Below, piece after piece: positions 26,693 to 38,259 of a stretch of 64,000 bases of DNA. Source of the stretch: Pseudomonadota bacterium (GTDB taxonomy: Bacteria > Desulfobacterota > UBA8473); contig JBDRRJ010000009.1 of assembly GCA_043825855.1 (NCBI GenBank), positions 17,866 to 81,865 on the forward strand. The letters run 5' to 3'. Under the pieces are notes generated by a model. It was not told the DNA's origin, did not search any database, and saw only the letters and a program-made list of their open reading frames with translations. Numbering within the stretch: position 1 is the first letter of the stretch; the number at the start of each line of letters is the position of its first letter. A program made the position numbers and the translations under genes.

Positions 26693-28106
26693 CTTAATTC
26701 CTCCTTTATGTATGGTTGTTTTGACTAGTCTGCATTCAGTGTCACTATTAATCTAATATAGTCTTGATTAGAATAGAGAGTTCAAAAGTGGTATAAGTCT
26801 AGTTATGACAATGAAAAAAAATATGTAAAACGTTCAAGAATTTCTGAGGCAAAAAATAAATATCTGTCTTACCAAAATTCCTTTGTTTAAACTTGGCCCT
26901 CTTCAGATTTATCACCCGAGGGGTGGATTCGATAGCAACAAAATTGAGAACCTCCCTTGCTACCGGTTTTATATTGTAAAGTTTTAGCCTTTCGAGTACG
27001 GGCCCAAACTCTGCTTTCGGAAATCCTTGTGCCAGCTCTGATAGAAGTGATCAGACTTTAACGGCAATTTTGTGGTAATTAGGCAAAAACTTTACAAAGA
27101 TCAAACTTTCCTTCTGTCGTCTAAAACTCCCGCATCTTTAGGTATAGTCTCTTCTTTCACCAACTCTACATTGGCTTTAAGACGTATAACCTCTTTTAAT
27201 TTATGTGGGGTATTAGCTTACCCCATTGATATTCCAGAAGCTTATCCCTTGGCATTGTTTCTATTTCCACGTTCCAGAAGTCTTGATTATTTGCCATCTG
27301 TACCTCTTCTTATTCTTTTAGTTTTCGGTTAATGTCTCTCCCCGAAAGTTTTGGAATTATCTCATTTACCCATATTATCTTTACTGCCTGTCTTTACCTA
27401 AACTGTGGTTCCCAATTCTCAAAAAAAGCTAATCCTATTGAAAATGCAGTTTTTTGTGGTGGAGGTAATCATTTTTATATTTAATCGGGGGCTTCTCCAC
27501 TCAGTTATCGGATTAAACTCTTAGTTATCGAAAAGGATTATAGCATTGGGACTTACAGGAGCAAGTAAAGAGAAAACTATGAGGAGTAAAAGAAGGATAT
27601 TTTATTATTAAATACTCAGGAAGAAAGACTGAAAGCGGAATGAGGAAGGTTTTTCTAAATGTTTTATAGATTTCAGCCCAAACATCTTAGTAGCTCCCCT
27701 TATTCTAGCGATCAAAAAAATTTTGTATTAAGCACCTCCCTTTTTTGTTTATTCATTTTTATATAAAAGACGCAGCATTGTCAAACTTTTTATTGTTAAT
27801 AGGTTAAGGGGATATCGATATATATGATAGACACAACAAGTGTTGTATTATGTCGTAAATTGGGTTTTTGTTTAGGTCTCTTTTTTAGCATGCTACTATA
27901 AAATTCAGACTTTTTCAGAGTTTATAAACCCAAATAACAAAGCAAAAAACTGGTTGAGATTTTTATAATTTTAACTTATCATTACTTAAGTCATGAAATT
28001 TATTACCAAGATATCGCATTACCTTAATATTTAGTCAGTCTCTTAGCCTAAAACTTTTTAGTCTAAAGTTGAAAGGAAGATTAAAATTCACAAAAAAGAC
28101 GTTATT

Positions 28107-29393
28107 ATGAAAAACTTTGTGACTAAAATATACTCTGTTGTTTTGCTCTCTTTCATCATTCTAAATGGGTGTGCTCAGACAGTTCAGAAAGTGCCAAAGC
28201 CAAATATTCAATCTCCCTTGGAGGGCAAAGTTAGAATCGTGATAACCAGACAAGCTGACGACGATTTTTGTGGAGATTGGATCAGAGTTCTTGAGAATGG
28301 GAAGGTAATAGGCGATTTAGGATGTGGAGGGTCAATCATTTGGGATCGGCCTGTGGGGGAAACTACACTTACAGCACAGCATTATTCAGCCGGCATGTTA
28401 ACGTTCCGGTATTCGCCATATGTTTTGAATGCCACGAAGAGCGAAATTTATAAACTATACATTAGCGCTCTACATCGAGAAACCATCAAAACCTTTAGAA
28501 CTGAGGTGTCTGTCCCACCTTCAGAAAAAAGTAGCCCCCAGGAAATCATGGTTAAAAAAATGCCGGTGTCTGCGGACGTAAGTTCGAGTTCCCATATTGA
28601 AATACCACGTCAAATAGAGAAGTGGGCTTTGATCATTGGGATTTCAGATTACAAGGATACGAACATTCCTGGGCTTAGGTATTCGGCAGATGACGCAACG
28701 GCATTTTATAATTGGACTATTTCGCCCAATGGTGGCAAGTATGCCCCTTCAAGAGTGAAGCTTTTACTGAATCAAGATGCTACCGGAAAAAATATTAGAA
28801 ATGCTCTTTTTGTATGGTTAAGACAAGCACTTGAAGAAGATATGGTCACCATTTACTTTGCAGGTCATGGTTCTCCTGAATCACCAGATTCATCCTCTAA
28901 TCTCTTTCTTCTCCCATACGATGCTCAGTATAATGACGTTGCCACTACAGGTTTTCCCATGTGGGATATTGAGACAGCATTAAAAAGGTTCATCAAAGCC
29001 AAGAAAGTTGTCGTTGTTGCCGATGCCTGTCATTCGGGAGGTATAGGACACCCCTTTGAAGTTGCACGCAGGTCAAACAGGGCAATAAAGATTAACCCGA
29101 TTAGTTCAGGATTGCAGAATCTCTCTAAGATTGGCGATGGAGTATGTGTCATCAGTGCTTCTGACGAGAAGCAGCTGTCACAGGAAAGTCAGAATTGGGG
29201 TGGAGGGCATGGTGTCTTTACTTATTTCTTGATCGAAGCTCTGAAAGGAAAGGCTGATTACAACGATGATGGTCTTGTTACTCTTGGAGAATTGATACCG
29301 TACTTATCTGAGCAGGTTAGAAGGGCAACAAAAAATGCCCAGGCTCCAACAGTAGCGGGTAAGTTCGATCCTGCTTTAACAATTGGGAGATGA
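28107..29393 (+). CDS. Caspase-domain (peptidase C14) lipoprotein
   Basis: Signal peptide with a lipobox-like LNGCAQ. The caspase His-Gly dyad appears in YFAGHGSPE and the catalytic Cys in VVVADACHSGGIG. Confidence 0.75.
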   Translation: MKNFVTKIYSVVLLSFIILNGCAQTVQKVPKPNIQSPLEGKVRIVITRQADDDFCGDWIRVLENGKVIGDLGCGGSIIWDRPVGETTLTAQHYSAGMLTFRYSPYVLNATKSEIYKLYISALHRETIKTFRTEVSVPPSEKSSPQEIMVKKMPVSADVSSSSHIEIPRQIEKWALIIGISDYKDTNIPGLRYSADDATAFYNWTISPNGGKYAPSRVKLLLNQDATGKNIRNALFVWLRQALEEDMVTIYFAGHGSPESPDSSSNLFLLPYDAQYNDVATTGFPMWDIETALKRFIKAKKVVVVADACHSGGIGHPFEVARRSNRAIKINPISSGLQNLSKIGDGVCVISASDEKQLSQESQNWGGGHGVFTYFLIEALKGKADYNDDGLVTLGELIPYLSEQVRRATKNAQAPTVAGKFDPALTIGR

Positions 29394-29455
29394 CCAAACC
29401 CATAGAAGAATAAATATACACATGAAAAATAGTATCGAAACGCTCATCAAATAAT

Positions 29456-29478
29456 AAGGTTCTATAAAATAGAACCTT
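29456..29478 (-). terminator. Perfect 9-bp-stem hairpin between convergent genes (AAGGTTCTA-taaaa-TAGAACCTT). It is followed by a T-rich tract on the minus strand and an A-run on the plus strand.
   Basis: Read directly from the sequence. Confidence 0.35.
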
Positions 29479-29529
29479 AAAAAACTTAGAATCTGATGAG
29501 CATCTCCTTTATTCCCACCAGATTTCCAA

Positions 29530-30213
29530 TTAATAACCGCCTTTTCTCTGCATTAAGTCCTTTGGAAAACCTTTTGGCATCGCTGGCATCTTAAACTTTT
29601 GAGGTGTCTCAGTGATCAGGGTTTTTGCTCCGCTTCCATACCCGATAAGAACCATTTCGTGATCTTTTGATTTAGATTTGATCATGCCATAAGGAGAAAC
29701 GTTCTGATTAACCCATGTATCAACCAGAATATTTTCATCCTTATACTGAGTATGTTTTGTTGAAAATGTCCCGGCAGGTACTTTAATCTTTTCTTTTCCT
29801 TTGTCAATTATTTTGCCTGTCGGTTTCTGGGCTTTGGCTGTATAAGGTTGCTGCATCATCTGAACAGGCATCTCCATGGCCGGCTCATTTCCCCTTTTGA
29901 TAATCATTCTTTTAATATTGTTTTGGTCACTTGGATCTCCAGAAACGAGCGTCTTAGTGATGATTTGTCCTTCCCGTTTTCCTTCAATAATGGTTTCATA
30001 CCAATATGCATTTCCCTCTTTCCCAACGATGGCAACCTTCATCTTTGAAGGTGCATTACCACTTGTTGTAATCTGATACTCTGACCATTTACCCACTACG
30101 GGCTTAAAGTCTCCATAAAACATGTTCCCACTAGTATTTCCATACTGAGCATATGCAATATTGAGAGGGAGTAAGACCAATAGGGTTAAAACAACAATAA
30201 CTATTTTTTTCAT
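29530..30213 (-). CDS. Secreted hypothetical protein with an N-terminal signal peptide
   Basis: MKKIVIVVLTLLVLLPLNIAYAQ, followed by a hydrophilic domain. Confidence 0.5.
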   Translation of the reverse strand: MKKIVIVVLTLLVLLPLNIAYAQYGNTSGNMFYGDFKPVVGKWSEYQITTSGNAPSKMKVAIVGKEGNAYWYETIIEGKREGQIITKTLVSGDPSDQNNIKRMIIKRGNEPAMEMPVQMMQQPYTAKAQKPTGKIIDKGKEKIKVPAGTFSTKHTQYKDENILVDTWVNQNVSPYGMIKSKSKDHEMVLIGYGSGAKTLITETPQKFKMPAMPKGFPKDLMQRKGGY

Positions 30214-30341
30214 AAATTCCTCCTTTTAGTAAAAAAACTTTTATCTGTAATGCCAAAATATTATTGATAACGGCATATTAACTTATGCACTACGCCATAA
30301 TGTTATTATATAATTTATTTATATTTTCAAACTTTAAAACC

Positions 30342-30800
30342 CTATCTCCTCAAATAAAAGTAAAGGCAGAGATTTCCCTTTATTTCCATTATCCCCATAA
30401 TAACAGAATCATCAACTTTTCTGAAGTGGTCAATCATGGGTATATAGTTATAAATCATGGAAGTCGAAATCTTACCCCTATAATCTATCGTTTCTAAAAT
30501 AGAGGTGGCACCGGGAAAACCGAACTTTATTCCAAAAAGTGAAAAAACCCACGCCTGAACCTTATTTTTACTTAAAAATCTTTTCCCATATAGTTTAATG
30601 GGTAAATACCTTAAGAGTGTTTCGAATTTACTTCCTGTCCCTTCTGTAAAAAGATACCCTAACCGCCATTCTCCCATCATCTCATCTATAGTTATGGGTT
30701 CTAATTCTGCAAATAATTCATCTAATTCTTTACATGAAAGTACGCCTGATTTGTTAATGATTTTTTCAAATTTATTCATATCTATTTTAGAGCCAGCCAT
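30342..30800 (-). CDS. GXWXG-domain / DUF4334-like protein
   Basis: GEWRLGYLF motif with about 100 residues following it. Confidence 0.45.
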   Translation of the reverse strand: MAGSKIDMNKFEKIINKSGVLSCKELDELFAELEPITIDEMMGEWRLGYLFTEGTGSKFETLLRYLPIKLYGKRFLSKNKVQAWVFSLFGIKFGFPGATSILETIDYRGKISTSMIYNYIPMIDHFRKVDDSVIMGIMEIKGNLCLYFYLRR

Positions 30801-30985
30801 TTAAACTTACTTCTTTTCTATCCTTTAATTTGGATACAATAAGTTATTCTACTGTTCTTTATATCATTTCATTTTAAAGATCATATAGAAATCATAAAAT
30901 TATTTATACTGACTATTCCTTCTGCATTTCATGCAGAGTTTGAAGGATATTCACCGGTGGTATCTTTAAAATAGTTGTTATACTA

Positions 30986-33505
30986 TTAAATTGTTGCAGT
31001 AACAGGCGCCTTAAATCTCCCCAATCTCAAAGCATTTGAGACTACGGTAACAGATGAGAGCCCCATAGCAGCGGCAGCAAAGATTGGGTTTAAGAGTATT
31101 CCGAAAAAGGGGAAAAGAACACCAGCAGCAACGGGAATCAGAATAGTATTGTATGCAAATGCCCAGAAAAGGTTCTGTTTGACGTTCCTTATAGTAGCCT
31201 TGCTCAAGGCAATTGCTGTAACTACACCCTGTAAATCTCCACTGATAAGGGTGATATCCGCTGCTTCCATGGCAATATCTGTACCTGTACCAATAGCAAT
31301 ACCTATATCTGCCTGCGCCAAAGCAGGGGCGTCATTAATCCCGTCCCCAACCATGGCCACTTTTTTCCCTTCTTGCTGCAACTTTTTAACTTCACTGGCC
31401 TTACCTTCGGGAAGAACTTCTGCAAGAACCCTTTTTATACCTATCTGTTCAGCTATAGCACTGGCGGTTCTCTGGTTATCTCCTGTTATCATTATTACTT
31501 CAAGTCCCAGCTTATACAATCTGGCAACAGCCTTCTTTGAATTGTCCTTCAGGGTGTCTGCTACCGCAATAATACCTCCGGGGTTTCCATCAATAGCCAC
31601 ATACATAGGGGTCTTCCCCTGGTTGGAGATGTACTCTGCCTTTTCCACGAGATCTCCAATTTCGATTTTCCTGTCTTTCATAAGCTTTATATTACCCAGC
31701 AATACCTTTTTGCCGTTTATAGTAGCCTCAATGCCATAGCCTGGAATTGCATTAAAATCAGACGGTATCTCTGTAATTAGCTTTTGTTCCTTTGCTTTAG
31801 TAACGATTGCCTCACCGAGTGGATGTTCTGACCCTCTTTCAGCTGAGGCCGAAAGAGCTAGTATGTCCTCTGGTTTAAAACCTTTACTGGCTACAACATC
31901 GGTTACAGACGGCTCACCTTTTGTCAGAGTGCCTGTTTTATCAAGAACAATAGCGTTCAACTTGTGGGCGGTTTCCAGTGCTTCCCCGCTTCTGATAAGC
32001 ACACCATTCTCAGCCCCTTTACCAGTTCCTACCATTATAGAAGTGGGAGTTGCCAGACCAAGAGCGCAGGGACAGGCAATGATAAGAACTGCCACGAAGT
32101 TTAGCATGGCATATGTTAAGACGGGAGCGGGGCCGAAGAGATACCAAACAATAAAGGTCAGTATAGCAATCCCTATTACAACTGGTACAAAGTAGCTTGC
32201 AATTATATCTGCCATACGTGCAATGGGAGGTTTTGAGCCCTGAGCTTCTTCAACCATCTTTATTACCTGAGAGAGCATAGTATCTTTTCCTACCTTTTCA
32301 GCTTCAAACTGAAAAGTTCCGCTCTTATTTATAGTAGCGCCTATTACTTTGTCACCAGCCTCTTTCTCCACGGGGATGGACTCTCCTGTAATCATGGATT
32401 CGTCCAGGGAGGAGTAACCTTCTTTGATGATACCATCCACAGGGACCTTCTCTCCAGGTCTTACAACCAGAACATCACCCACTTCAACCTCTTCAATAGG
32501 AATATCAAGCTCTTCCCCATCCTTTATTACTCGTGCGGTTTTTGCCTGGAGTCCCATGAGTTTCTTTATTGCTTCTGAAGTCTGTCCCTTAGCTCTAGCT
32601 TCCAATAAGCGGCCGAGAAGGATAAGCACAATGATGGCACCAGCCGTATCGAAGTAGACCGTAGCTATCAATCCTTTTGCGCTAAACAATTCCGGGAAAA
32701 AGATGGCTATTACACTGTATGCATATGCTGAAGAGGTTCCCACAGCAATCAGGGTATTCATATCCGTGGTTCTATGCTTTGCAGTTTTCCAAGTACCTAC
32801 ATAAAACTGCCAGCCCACCCAGAACTGTATGGGGGTTTGAAAAAGAAGCTGGAGAATAAAGTTGGTCTGTCTGTCCCATGTCCACAATTTACTCAGACCA
32901 AGGGGGTCCCAATAGGCTAGAAGGAAGACGGGAATCACCAGAATCACGCCTACCAATAGTTTGTTTCTAAGTTTTTTAAATTCTGCTTCCCGGAGAGCCT
33001 TCTCCCTTTCGACAACATCCTTCTCTTCCACTTCCAGCACCTTGTAACCCGCATCAGTAACTGCCCTTTTCAGTTCTTTTACGGAAACTATTTCCGGGAA
33101 ATATTCAACGGTGGCTTTCTCCGTGGCTAAATTTACAGTGGCTTTAATAACCCCCTGCTCATTGTTCAACGCCTTTTCCACTCTGGATACACATGATGCG
33201 CAGGTCATTCCCTGAATGGGAAGGGTGATTTTTCCCAGGCCGACGTTGTAGCCCAAATCCTTAATAGTATTAGTTAAGCCCATAATGTTCACTTTAGACG
33301 GATTATACGTAACTGTCACCTTCTCAGTAGCAAAATTGACACGAGCATCTGATACCCCTTCCAATTCGCCAAGACTTTTTTCAATATTGGCCGCACAGCT
33401 GGCACAGCTCATATCTAAGATGCGTATATCAGACTTTATCAGAGATTCCTTTGTCATTCGTTCTTTCTTCTCCATCTTTCTTTCTTCCTCCGTTTCTTGA
33501 AGCAT
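30986..33505 (-). CDS. copA: Copper-translocating P1B-type ATPase with two N-terminal heavy-metal-associated domains
   Basis: Two CxxC metal-binding motifs ([14 protein letters not shown] and [14 protein letters not shown]), the transmembrane CPC motif, DKTGTLT and [10 protein letters not shown]. Confidence 0.95.
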   Translation of the reverse strand: MLQETEEERKMEKKERMTKESLIKSDIRILDMSCASCAANIEKSLGELEGVSDARVNFATEKVTVTYNPSKVNIMGLTNTIKDLGYNVGLGKITLPIQGMTCASCVSRVEKALNNEQGVIKATVNLATEKATVEYFPEIVSVKELKRAVTDAGYKVLEVEEKDVVEREKALREAEFKKLRNKLLVGVILVIPVFLLAYWDPLGLSKLWTWDRQTNFILQLLFQTPIQFWVGWQFYVGTWKTAKHRTTDMNTLIAVGTSSAYAYSVIAIFFPELFSAKGLIATVYFDTAGAIIVLILLGRLLEARAKGQTSEAIKKLMGLQAKTARVIKDGEELDIPIEEVEVGDVLVVRPGEKVPVDGIIKEGYSSLDESMITGESIPVEKEAGDKVIGATINKSGTFQFEAEKVGKDTMLSQVIKMVEEAQGSKPPIARMADIIASYFVPVVIGIAILTFIVWYLFGPAPVLTYAMLNFVAVLIIACPCALGLATPTSIMVGTGKGAENGVLIRSGEALETAHKLNAIVLDKTGTLTKGEPSVTDVVASKGFKPEDILALSASAERGSEHPLGEAIVTKAKEQKLITEIPSDFNAIPGYGIEATINGKKVLLGNIKLMKDRKIEIGDLVEKAEYISNQGKTPMYVAIDGNPGGIIAVADTLKDNSKKAVARLYKLGLEVIMITGDNQRTASAIAEQIGIKRVLAEVLPEGKASEVKKLQQEGKKVAMVGDGINDAPALAQADIGIAIGTGTDIAMEAADITLISGDLQGVVTAIALSKATIRNVKQNLFWAFAYNTILIPVAAGVLFPFFGILLNPIFAAAAMGLSSVTVVSNALRLGRFKAPVTATI

Positions 33506-33745
33506 TGTTTTAGAAATGCATGGAGCTTGCCCTCTGTAATAGTCAAACTTACCACACAGAAGAATTCATGGACGGTTAAAAAACCTCACCCTAAAAACCG
33601 GAAAATGAGATTTTTTGTTATCTTACCACATCTATAAAGAATAACAATAATACAGGTTGCAATTATTGATATTCTATCGACTATATAAAGATGACCAACG
33701 GGGCAGAAAAAGGAATTTGGACAACAGCCTGTTCATACGTGACTC

Positions 33746-34942
33746 TTATCGCTTTTTCATAGGTGGGGGAATAAATTGGTCATTGTTATCTTTTTGTGAT
33801 TTGAAAAGAAAATACTTCGGTACCCTTGGAATTAACCATTTAATGTAACTTTTATATGTTTTTTGAAGAGTAGGGACTTCAAGATATTTATCTATAACAT
33901 CAACATTACCAGTAAGCATCTTAAAAAAGATTCCAGGAAAACCATGCATTATTCTTGAAAGCATTAACGCATATTTTAAATTATCAGCAAATTCCCGTTT
34001 GCAAATTGATTCATAGTCTTTTAATGAACTTAGCCTATTATTTCTTAATAGAATGCCAGATATTACTTCTACTGCTATCTGTCCAGATCTTATTGCATAT
34101 GAAATGCCTTCCCCGTAAAATGGGTCTACAAATCCTCCGGCATCACCACTTAAAACAATTCTTGAACTTGTAATATCTCGCTTTATTCCTCCTAGAGGGA
34201 TTAAGTGACCTCTCAACTCATATTTACCCTCAAAGCCGTTAACTTGTAAAAAATCCATCATAGTATTTTTAGGGTGAGGTAAATCCTTTGCTAATCCACC
34301 TATACCCACAGAGTAGTATTTTTCATGCGGGAATATCCATCCATAACCCATATTAGCCACACCAAAGTGAATGTCTATAGCATGGTGTATATATTTATCA
34401 ATTGTTTCATTATCCTCTTCAATTTCTGTAACTATACATATACAATATTCATCCTTTTTGTCTCTTTTTCTTATTTTATTTTTTAATCTCCCCTGAGAAC
34501 CCTCCGCTATAATGACAAATTTCGATTTATACACGTTATCCTTGGTGAAAACCTCTACATAATCATTATTCTCTTTGTAATCAATGATTTTCTCCCCTAT
34601 TATTGTTTCGATACCAGTTTCTTTAGCTTTTTTGAGCAGGTAATCATCCAATATACTCCTGGTCACCAGAGTTGCCATTCGATTTTTTTTATGTCTTTCA
34701 ATAACCTGTCCTCTAAAATGCACCCTTGCTCCATATATCTCTCTTTCATGGATATGTTGAGGAAGATCAAAATCAAGGTATGACATTGCCTGTTCAGAAA
34801 AAGCACCCCCACAGGGCTTATACCTTGGAAATGTTTCTTTTTCTATTAAAAGAGTTTCCAGGCCTAACTTTCCTGCAAGTCTTCCTGCTGCTGATCCGGA
34901 AGGACCACCGCCTATAATGATCAAATCATACATTTTATTCAT
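33746..34942 (-). CDS. FAD-dependent geranylgeranyl reductase family oxidoreductase
   Basis: YDLIIIGGGPSGSAAGRLAGKLG…PCGG with a GGR-like C-terminal region. Confidence 0.7.
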   Translation of the reverse strand: MNKMYDLIIIGGGPSGSAAGRLAGKLGLETLLIEKETFPRYKPCGGAFSEQAMSYLDFDLPQHIHEREIYGARVHFRGQVIERHKKNRMATLVTRSILDDYLLKKAKETGIETIIGEKIIDYKENNDYVEVFTKDNVYKSKFVIIAEGSQGRLKNKIRKRDKKDEYCICIVTEIEEDNETIDKYIHHAIDIHFGVANMGYGWIFPHEKYYSVGIGGLAKDLPHPKNTMMDFLQVNGFEGKYELRGHLIPLGGIKRDITSSRIVLSGDAGGFVDPFYGEGISYAIRSGQIAVEVISGILLRNNRLSSLKDYESICKREFADNLKYALMLSRIMHGFPGIFFKMLTGNVDVIDKYLEVPTLQKTYKSYIKWLIPRVPKYFLFKSQKDNNDQFIPPPMKKR

Positions 34943-35189
34943 AATTAGTTAGTAGTAGTTGAATACTGTAAAATTCAATAGAAGAAACAAAAAACAGTAT
35001 AAAATTGAGATGCCTGCCTGAAGTCGAACTTAAAAGGGGTATTGTTGAAAGCTAAGTTATTTCATAGTACCGATACACGTTACTAATAAAAACTACAAGT
35101 TAAAGCTGTCATTTTGCAGAGATCGTATTTGTTAAATTGGGTATGGGTAAAATATAATATCATTACTGGAAAGCTGGAGAAGCTTGTGG

Positions 35190-35339
35190 TTAGGTTCCCT
35201 GAAGTTTTGCCAATGCCTCACTTATTTTTTCGATCTCCCTTTCCAGCGTTTTCTGCCTTTTGGATATGCTTAAGATATAAATAAAAATAATTAGCCATGT
35301 AATACCAAAGGCAGCAAAGAGATAAAAGGTGCCGGTCAT
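35190..35339 (-). CDS. ccmD: CcmD heme exporter small membrane protein (49 aa, below the ORF-track cutoff)
   Basis: Manual translation: MTGTFYLFAAFGITWLIIFIYILSISKRQKTLEREIEKISEALAKLQGT. It has one TM helix and lies 20 nt downstream of ccmC. Confidence 0.55.
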   Translation of the reverse strand: MTGTFYLFAAFGITWLIIFIYILSISKRQKTLEREIEKISEALAKLQGT

Positions 35340-35359
35340 TGAATCATCCTCTCTTTTAT

Positions 35360-36055
35360 TTAGTATTCGAAATGAGTTTGATCTTCCATGAGATCCCTCA
35401 TCTCCTCAACTTTGAATCTCATCTTCTCAAGCTTAATCCTGCTTATAAGGAGCAATAAGAAAAGAAGGAAAAAAGCGACAAATGAAATTAATAACGTATG
35501 TTGCATCGGTGTTGAGATATTTATGCCCTTTTTTGTAATAATTAATGGGTGTATAGTTCTCCATAGCCTGATAGCCAAAAAAGTAATAGGAACGTTAATA
35601 AACCCGAAAATTCCAAATATTGCGGAAAAGTTTGATCGCTGATTTTCTCCTGCCACCCTTCGAAGCATGAGGTATGCGACGTAAGTAAACCAAAGAATCA
35701 AGGTTGTCGTTAATCTTGGGTCCCACGTCCACCATACGTTCCAGATGGGTTTTGCCCATATGGGTCCGGTTAACAAAACAATAGTGCAGAATATGACCCC
35801 TATTTCTGCAGAAGAAGAGGCAATTATATCCCATTTATGATTTCTTCTGGACAGGTAAAGAATACTGGCTATAAAAGTTATGAAAAAGGCAAAAAAAGCT
35901 AAAAAAGCAGAAGGTAAATGGAAGTAGAAAATCTTCTGCACAATACCCATGGTTTTTTCGACAGGGGCATAAAGAAATATAGCATAAAGAGCCAGAAGCA
36001 TCATAAAAAAGGTAATGAACTGAAGTGTTTTAAGAAGAGCTCGGTTATCTGTCAA
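35360..36055 (-). CDS. ccmC: CcmC heme exporter protein
   Basis: Trp-rich WWD motif, WNVWWTWDPRLT; 231 aa multi-TM. Confidence 0.85.
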   Translation of the reverse strand: MTDNRALLKTLQFITFFMMLLALYAIFLYAPVEKTMGIVQKIFYFHLPSAFLAFFAFFITFIASILYLSRRNHKWDIIASSSAEIGVIFCTIVLLTGPIWAKPIWNVWWTWDPRLTTTLILWFTYVAYLMLRRVAGENQRSNFSAIFGIFGFINVPITFLAIRLWRTIHPLIITKKGINISTPMQHTLLISFVAFFLLFLLLLISRIKLEKMRFKVEEMRDLMEDQTHFEY

Positions 36056-36058
36056 TAT

Positions 36059-36736
36059 TTATTCCTCCATGATGAAACCAAAAGTTAAATAAGCGAGCAG
36101 GAGAAAGATCAGATCAAATGCAATCAAAATCTTTAGCCACGAATATATCTCCTGTATTGTTCCTCCCCAGAGAATTATGCCGGTTGACTTGACTAATGCA
36201 ATAATCATGGGAACGGAGATAGGAAACACTAGAATTGACAGCATTACATCCCTTGCTTTTGTAGCCGCAGACATGGCGGAAAAGATTGTGCCTATGGTAG
36301 CAAACCCCAATGTTCCCAAAAAAATGATCAATACGAGAGGTAACATAAATGCTATGATATTTATGTTATATAGAATTATAAATAAGGCTAGGGTAAATAT
36401 CTCCATAACGACCATAAAGATGAAGACCCCGATCATCTTTCCCAGATATATTCCCCATGGGCTTATCGGGCAGAGAAGCAGACCATGGAGAGTTCCCTTG
36501 TCCCGTTCCATACCGAAAGACCTGCCTAATCCTGTCAGGCCTGAAAATATAAATGCTACCCAGAGTATACCCGAGGCATTTTCCTTTAAATTTTTTGATC
36601 CCATATCGAAGGCAAAGTTAAAGATAACCAGGACCAGAAAGGAAAAGAGACACATCGAGAGGAACATCTCTTTGGTGCGGAGTTCAGATGTGATGTCTTT
36701 CGATACGATGGCCCACACTTTTTGAATAAAAGTCAT
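36059..36736 (-). CDS. ccmB: CcmB heme exporter permease
   Basis: 225-aa six-TM ABC-2-type permease between ccmA and ccmC. Confidence 0.8.
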   Translation of the reverse strand: MTFIQKVWAIVSKDITSELRTKEMFLSMCLFSFLVLVIFNFAFDMGSKNLKENASGILWVAFIFSGLTGLGRSFGMERDKGTLHGLLLCPISPWGIYLGKMIGVFIFMVVMEIFTLALFIILYNINIIAFMLPLVLIIFLGTLGFATIGTIFSAMSAATKARDVMLSILVFPISVPMIIALVKSTGIILWGGTIQEIYSWLKILIAFDLIFLLLAYLTFGFIMEE

Positions 36737-36775
36737 AAGGACAAGACCTGGTTTATTTTGAAAAGGGATACTTTT

Positions 36776-37531
36776 TCAAAACTCTATGTTCGGAGATGTT
36801 TGTTCTCCTGTATGTTTAAAATAGATATCTTTAAAGTCATTTTGAATTATTTTAGATATTTCTTCCTTATAAACAAGATTCCCTGATTTTAAGATTGCTG
36901 CCTGGGTGCACAATTCCAACCCTCTGTCCAAATCATGAGATGTCATGACGATGGTTCTCCCCTGATCCCGAAATTTTTTCAGGATTTGCTTGAAATCCTC
37001 GACACCATGTTGGTCCATGCCGGTAAAGGGTTCATCGAGAAATAGTATCAATGGGTCATGGATTATTGCCCTAGCTACAGAAAGGCGCTGCTGCATTCCA
37101 CGCGAAAAGGTCTGTACATGATCGTTAATGTATTCTTTCAACCCTACCAGTCCCGAAACCTCTTTAATCCTCTCTTCCAGATTCATTACATTATACATTT
37201 TCCCGTAGAATTTCAGGTTTTCGTAGGCAGATAAATTATTGTACAGAAATGTATTGTGTGAAATGACCCCGATTACTTTATGGAGAGCTTCTCTGTCGTA
37301 TCCGGCATCAAACCCTGCTACCCGAACATTGCCTGAGGTCGGTCGCATCAGAGAACACAGTATTTGAATTAATGTTGTTTTCCCTGCTCCATTGGGACCA
37401 AACAGTGCCAGAAAATCCCCCTTTTTTAAAGAGAGGTCAATATTGCGCAGGACTGTTTTAAAACCGAATTTTTTAACCAGCCCTTTTGCTTCAACTATAT
37501 AGTTATCTTCTTTTTGCAATTGAATCGACAC
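36776..37531 (-). CDS. ccmA: CcmA-type ABC transporter ATP-binding protein
   Basis: Walker A GPNGAGKTT, signature motif and Walker B; cluster context. Confidence 0.8.
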   Translation of the reverse strand: MSIQLQKEDNYIVEAKGLVKKFGFKTVLRNIDLSLKKGDFLALFGPNGAGKTTLIQILCSLMRPTSGNVRVAGFDAGYDREALHKVIGVISHNTFLYNNLSAYENLKFYGKMYNVMNLEERIKEVSGLVGLKEYINDHVQTFSRGMQQRLSVARAIIHDPLILFLDEPFTGMDQHGVEDFKQILKKFRDQGRTIVMTSHDLDRGLELCTQAAILKSGNLVYKEEISKIIQNDFKDIYFKHTGEQTSPNIEF

Positions 37532-37783
37532 CTTTAAAAAACTAATTCATTTTAAAAAAAGTATCCAGTTTACCAAAACCTTTATACAGCCCCCCAAGGG
37601 CTTTGAAGGAGTCTCCCTTTTCACTTCGGCATAATTTTTTTGACCCTACTAAGCTCGCTTCATTGAAAATTAACAAACTCGCCCTTCGGGCTTAGACATG
37701 TTAATTTTCTGTATTACGCTCGCTAAGGTAGGTTCCCCAAAAAACTTATAAATTCGTTCTAAGGAAACTTCTTCAAAACTCTA

Positions 37784-38182
37784 TTACTCATACTTCGATG
37801 CGCACTTCGGCATGATTGTAGTTGCTATGAACTGCCCATCGCTCTTATATGTCCCCTCTACGACAACTTCTCTTCCAGGTTTAAAAGAATCAGGCACAAC
37901 CCCCCTGTAATCAACGAGGAGGCTTGATTTATCATCCTCCATTTTAAAAAACAGCCTTAAATCCTTGGGGTCCCATTGTACAGAATCAATGGATACGTTT
38001 CCCCCGACACGGACAGTTTGATTCTGGATTTCTGATGATTTGGCCAATACCTCGCTTACCGTCAGATAGTAAGTCATGGTGTCTCTCAAACCGGTATAAA
38101 TGAGATACCCGATCACAGAAACGATAATAAATGAAATTATAATGGGTTTAAGTCTTCTTTTCTTTTCCACATTTTTTTCCAT
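37784..38182 (-). CDS. ccmE: CcmE heme chaperone, the variant that carries CxxxY (CASKY) in place of the canonical HxxxY heme-binding motif
   Basis: N-terminal TM plus an OB-fold region (VRVGGNVSIDSVQW) and C-terminal …IMPKCASKYE. Confidence 0.8.
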   Translation of the reverse strand: MEKNVEKKRRLKPIIISFIIVSVIGYLIYTGLRDTMTYYLTVSEVLAKSSEIQNQTVRVGGNVSIDSVQWDPKDLRLFFKMEDDKSSLLVDYRGVVPDSFKPGREVVVEGTYKSDGQFIATTIMPKCASKYE

Positions 38183-38259
38183 TTATTTTTTTTGAAAGTG
38201 CTTTTAGAACTTTGCAAACCTGTCAAGAGCTTTGGAAAATGTGTCATCTTTCAAAGCTG

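Noticed and set aside
31149-33500. Multiple 70-196-aa plus-strand ORFs inside copA
   Set aside because: They are antisense to an unambiguous 839-aa P-type ATPase. They are shadow ORFs.
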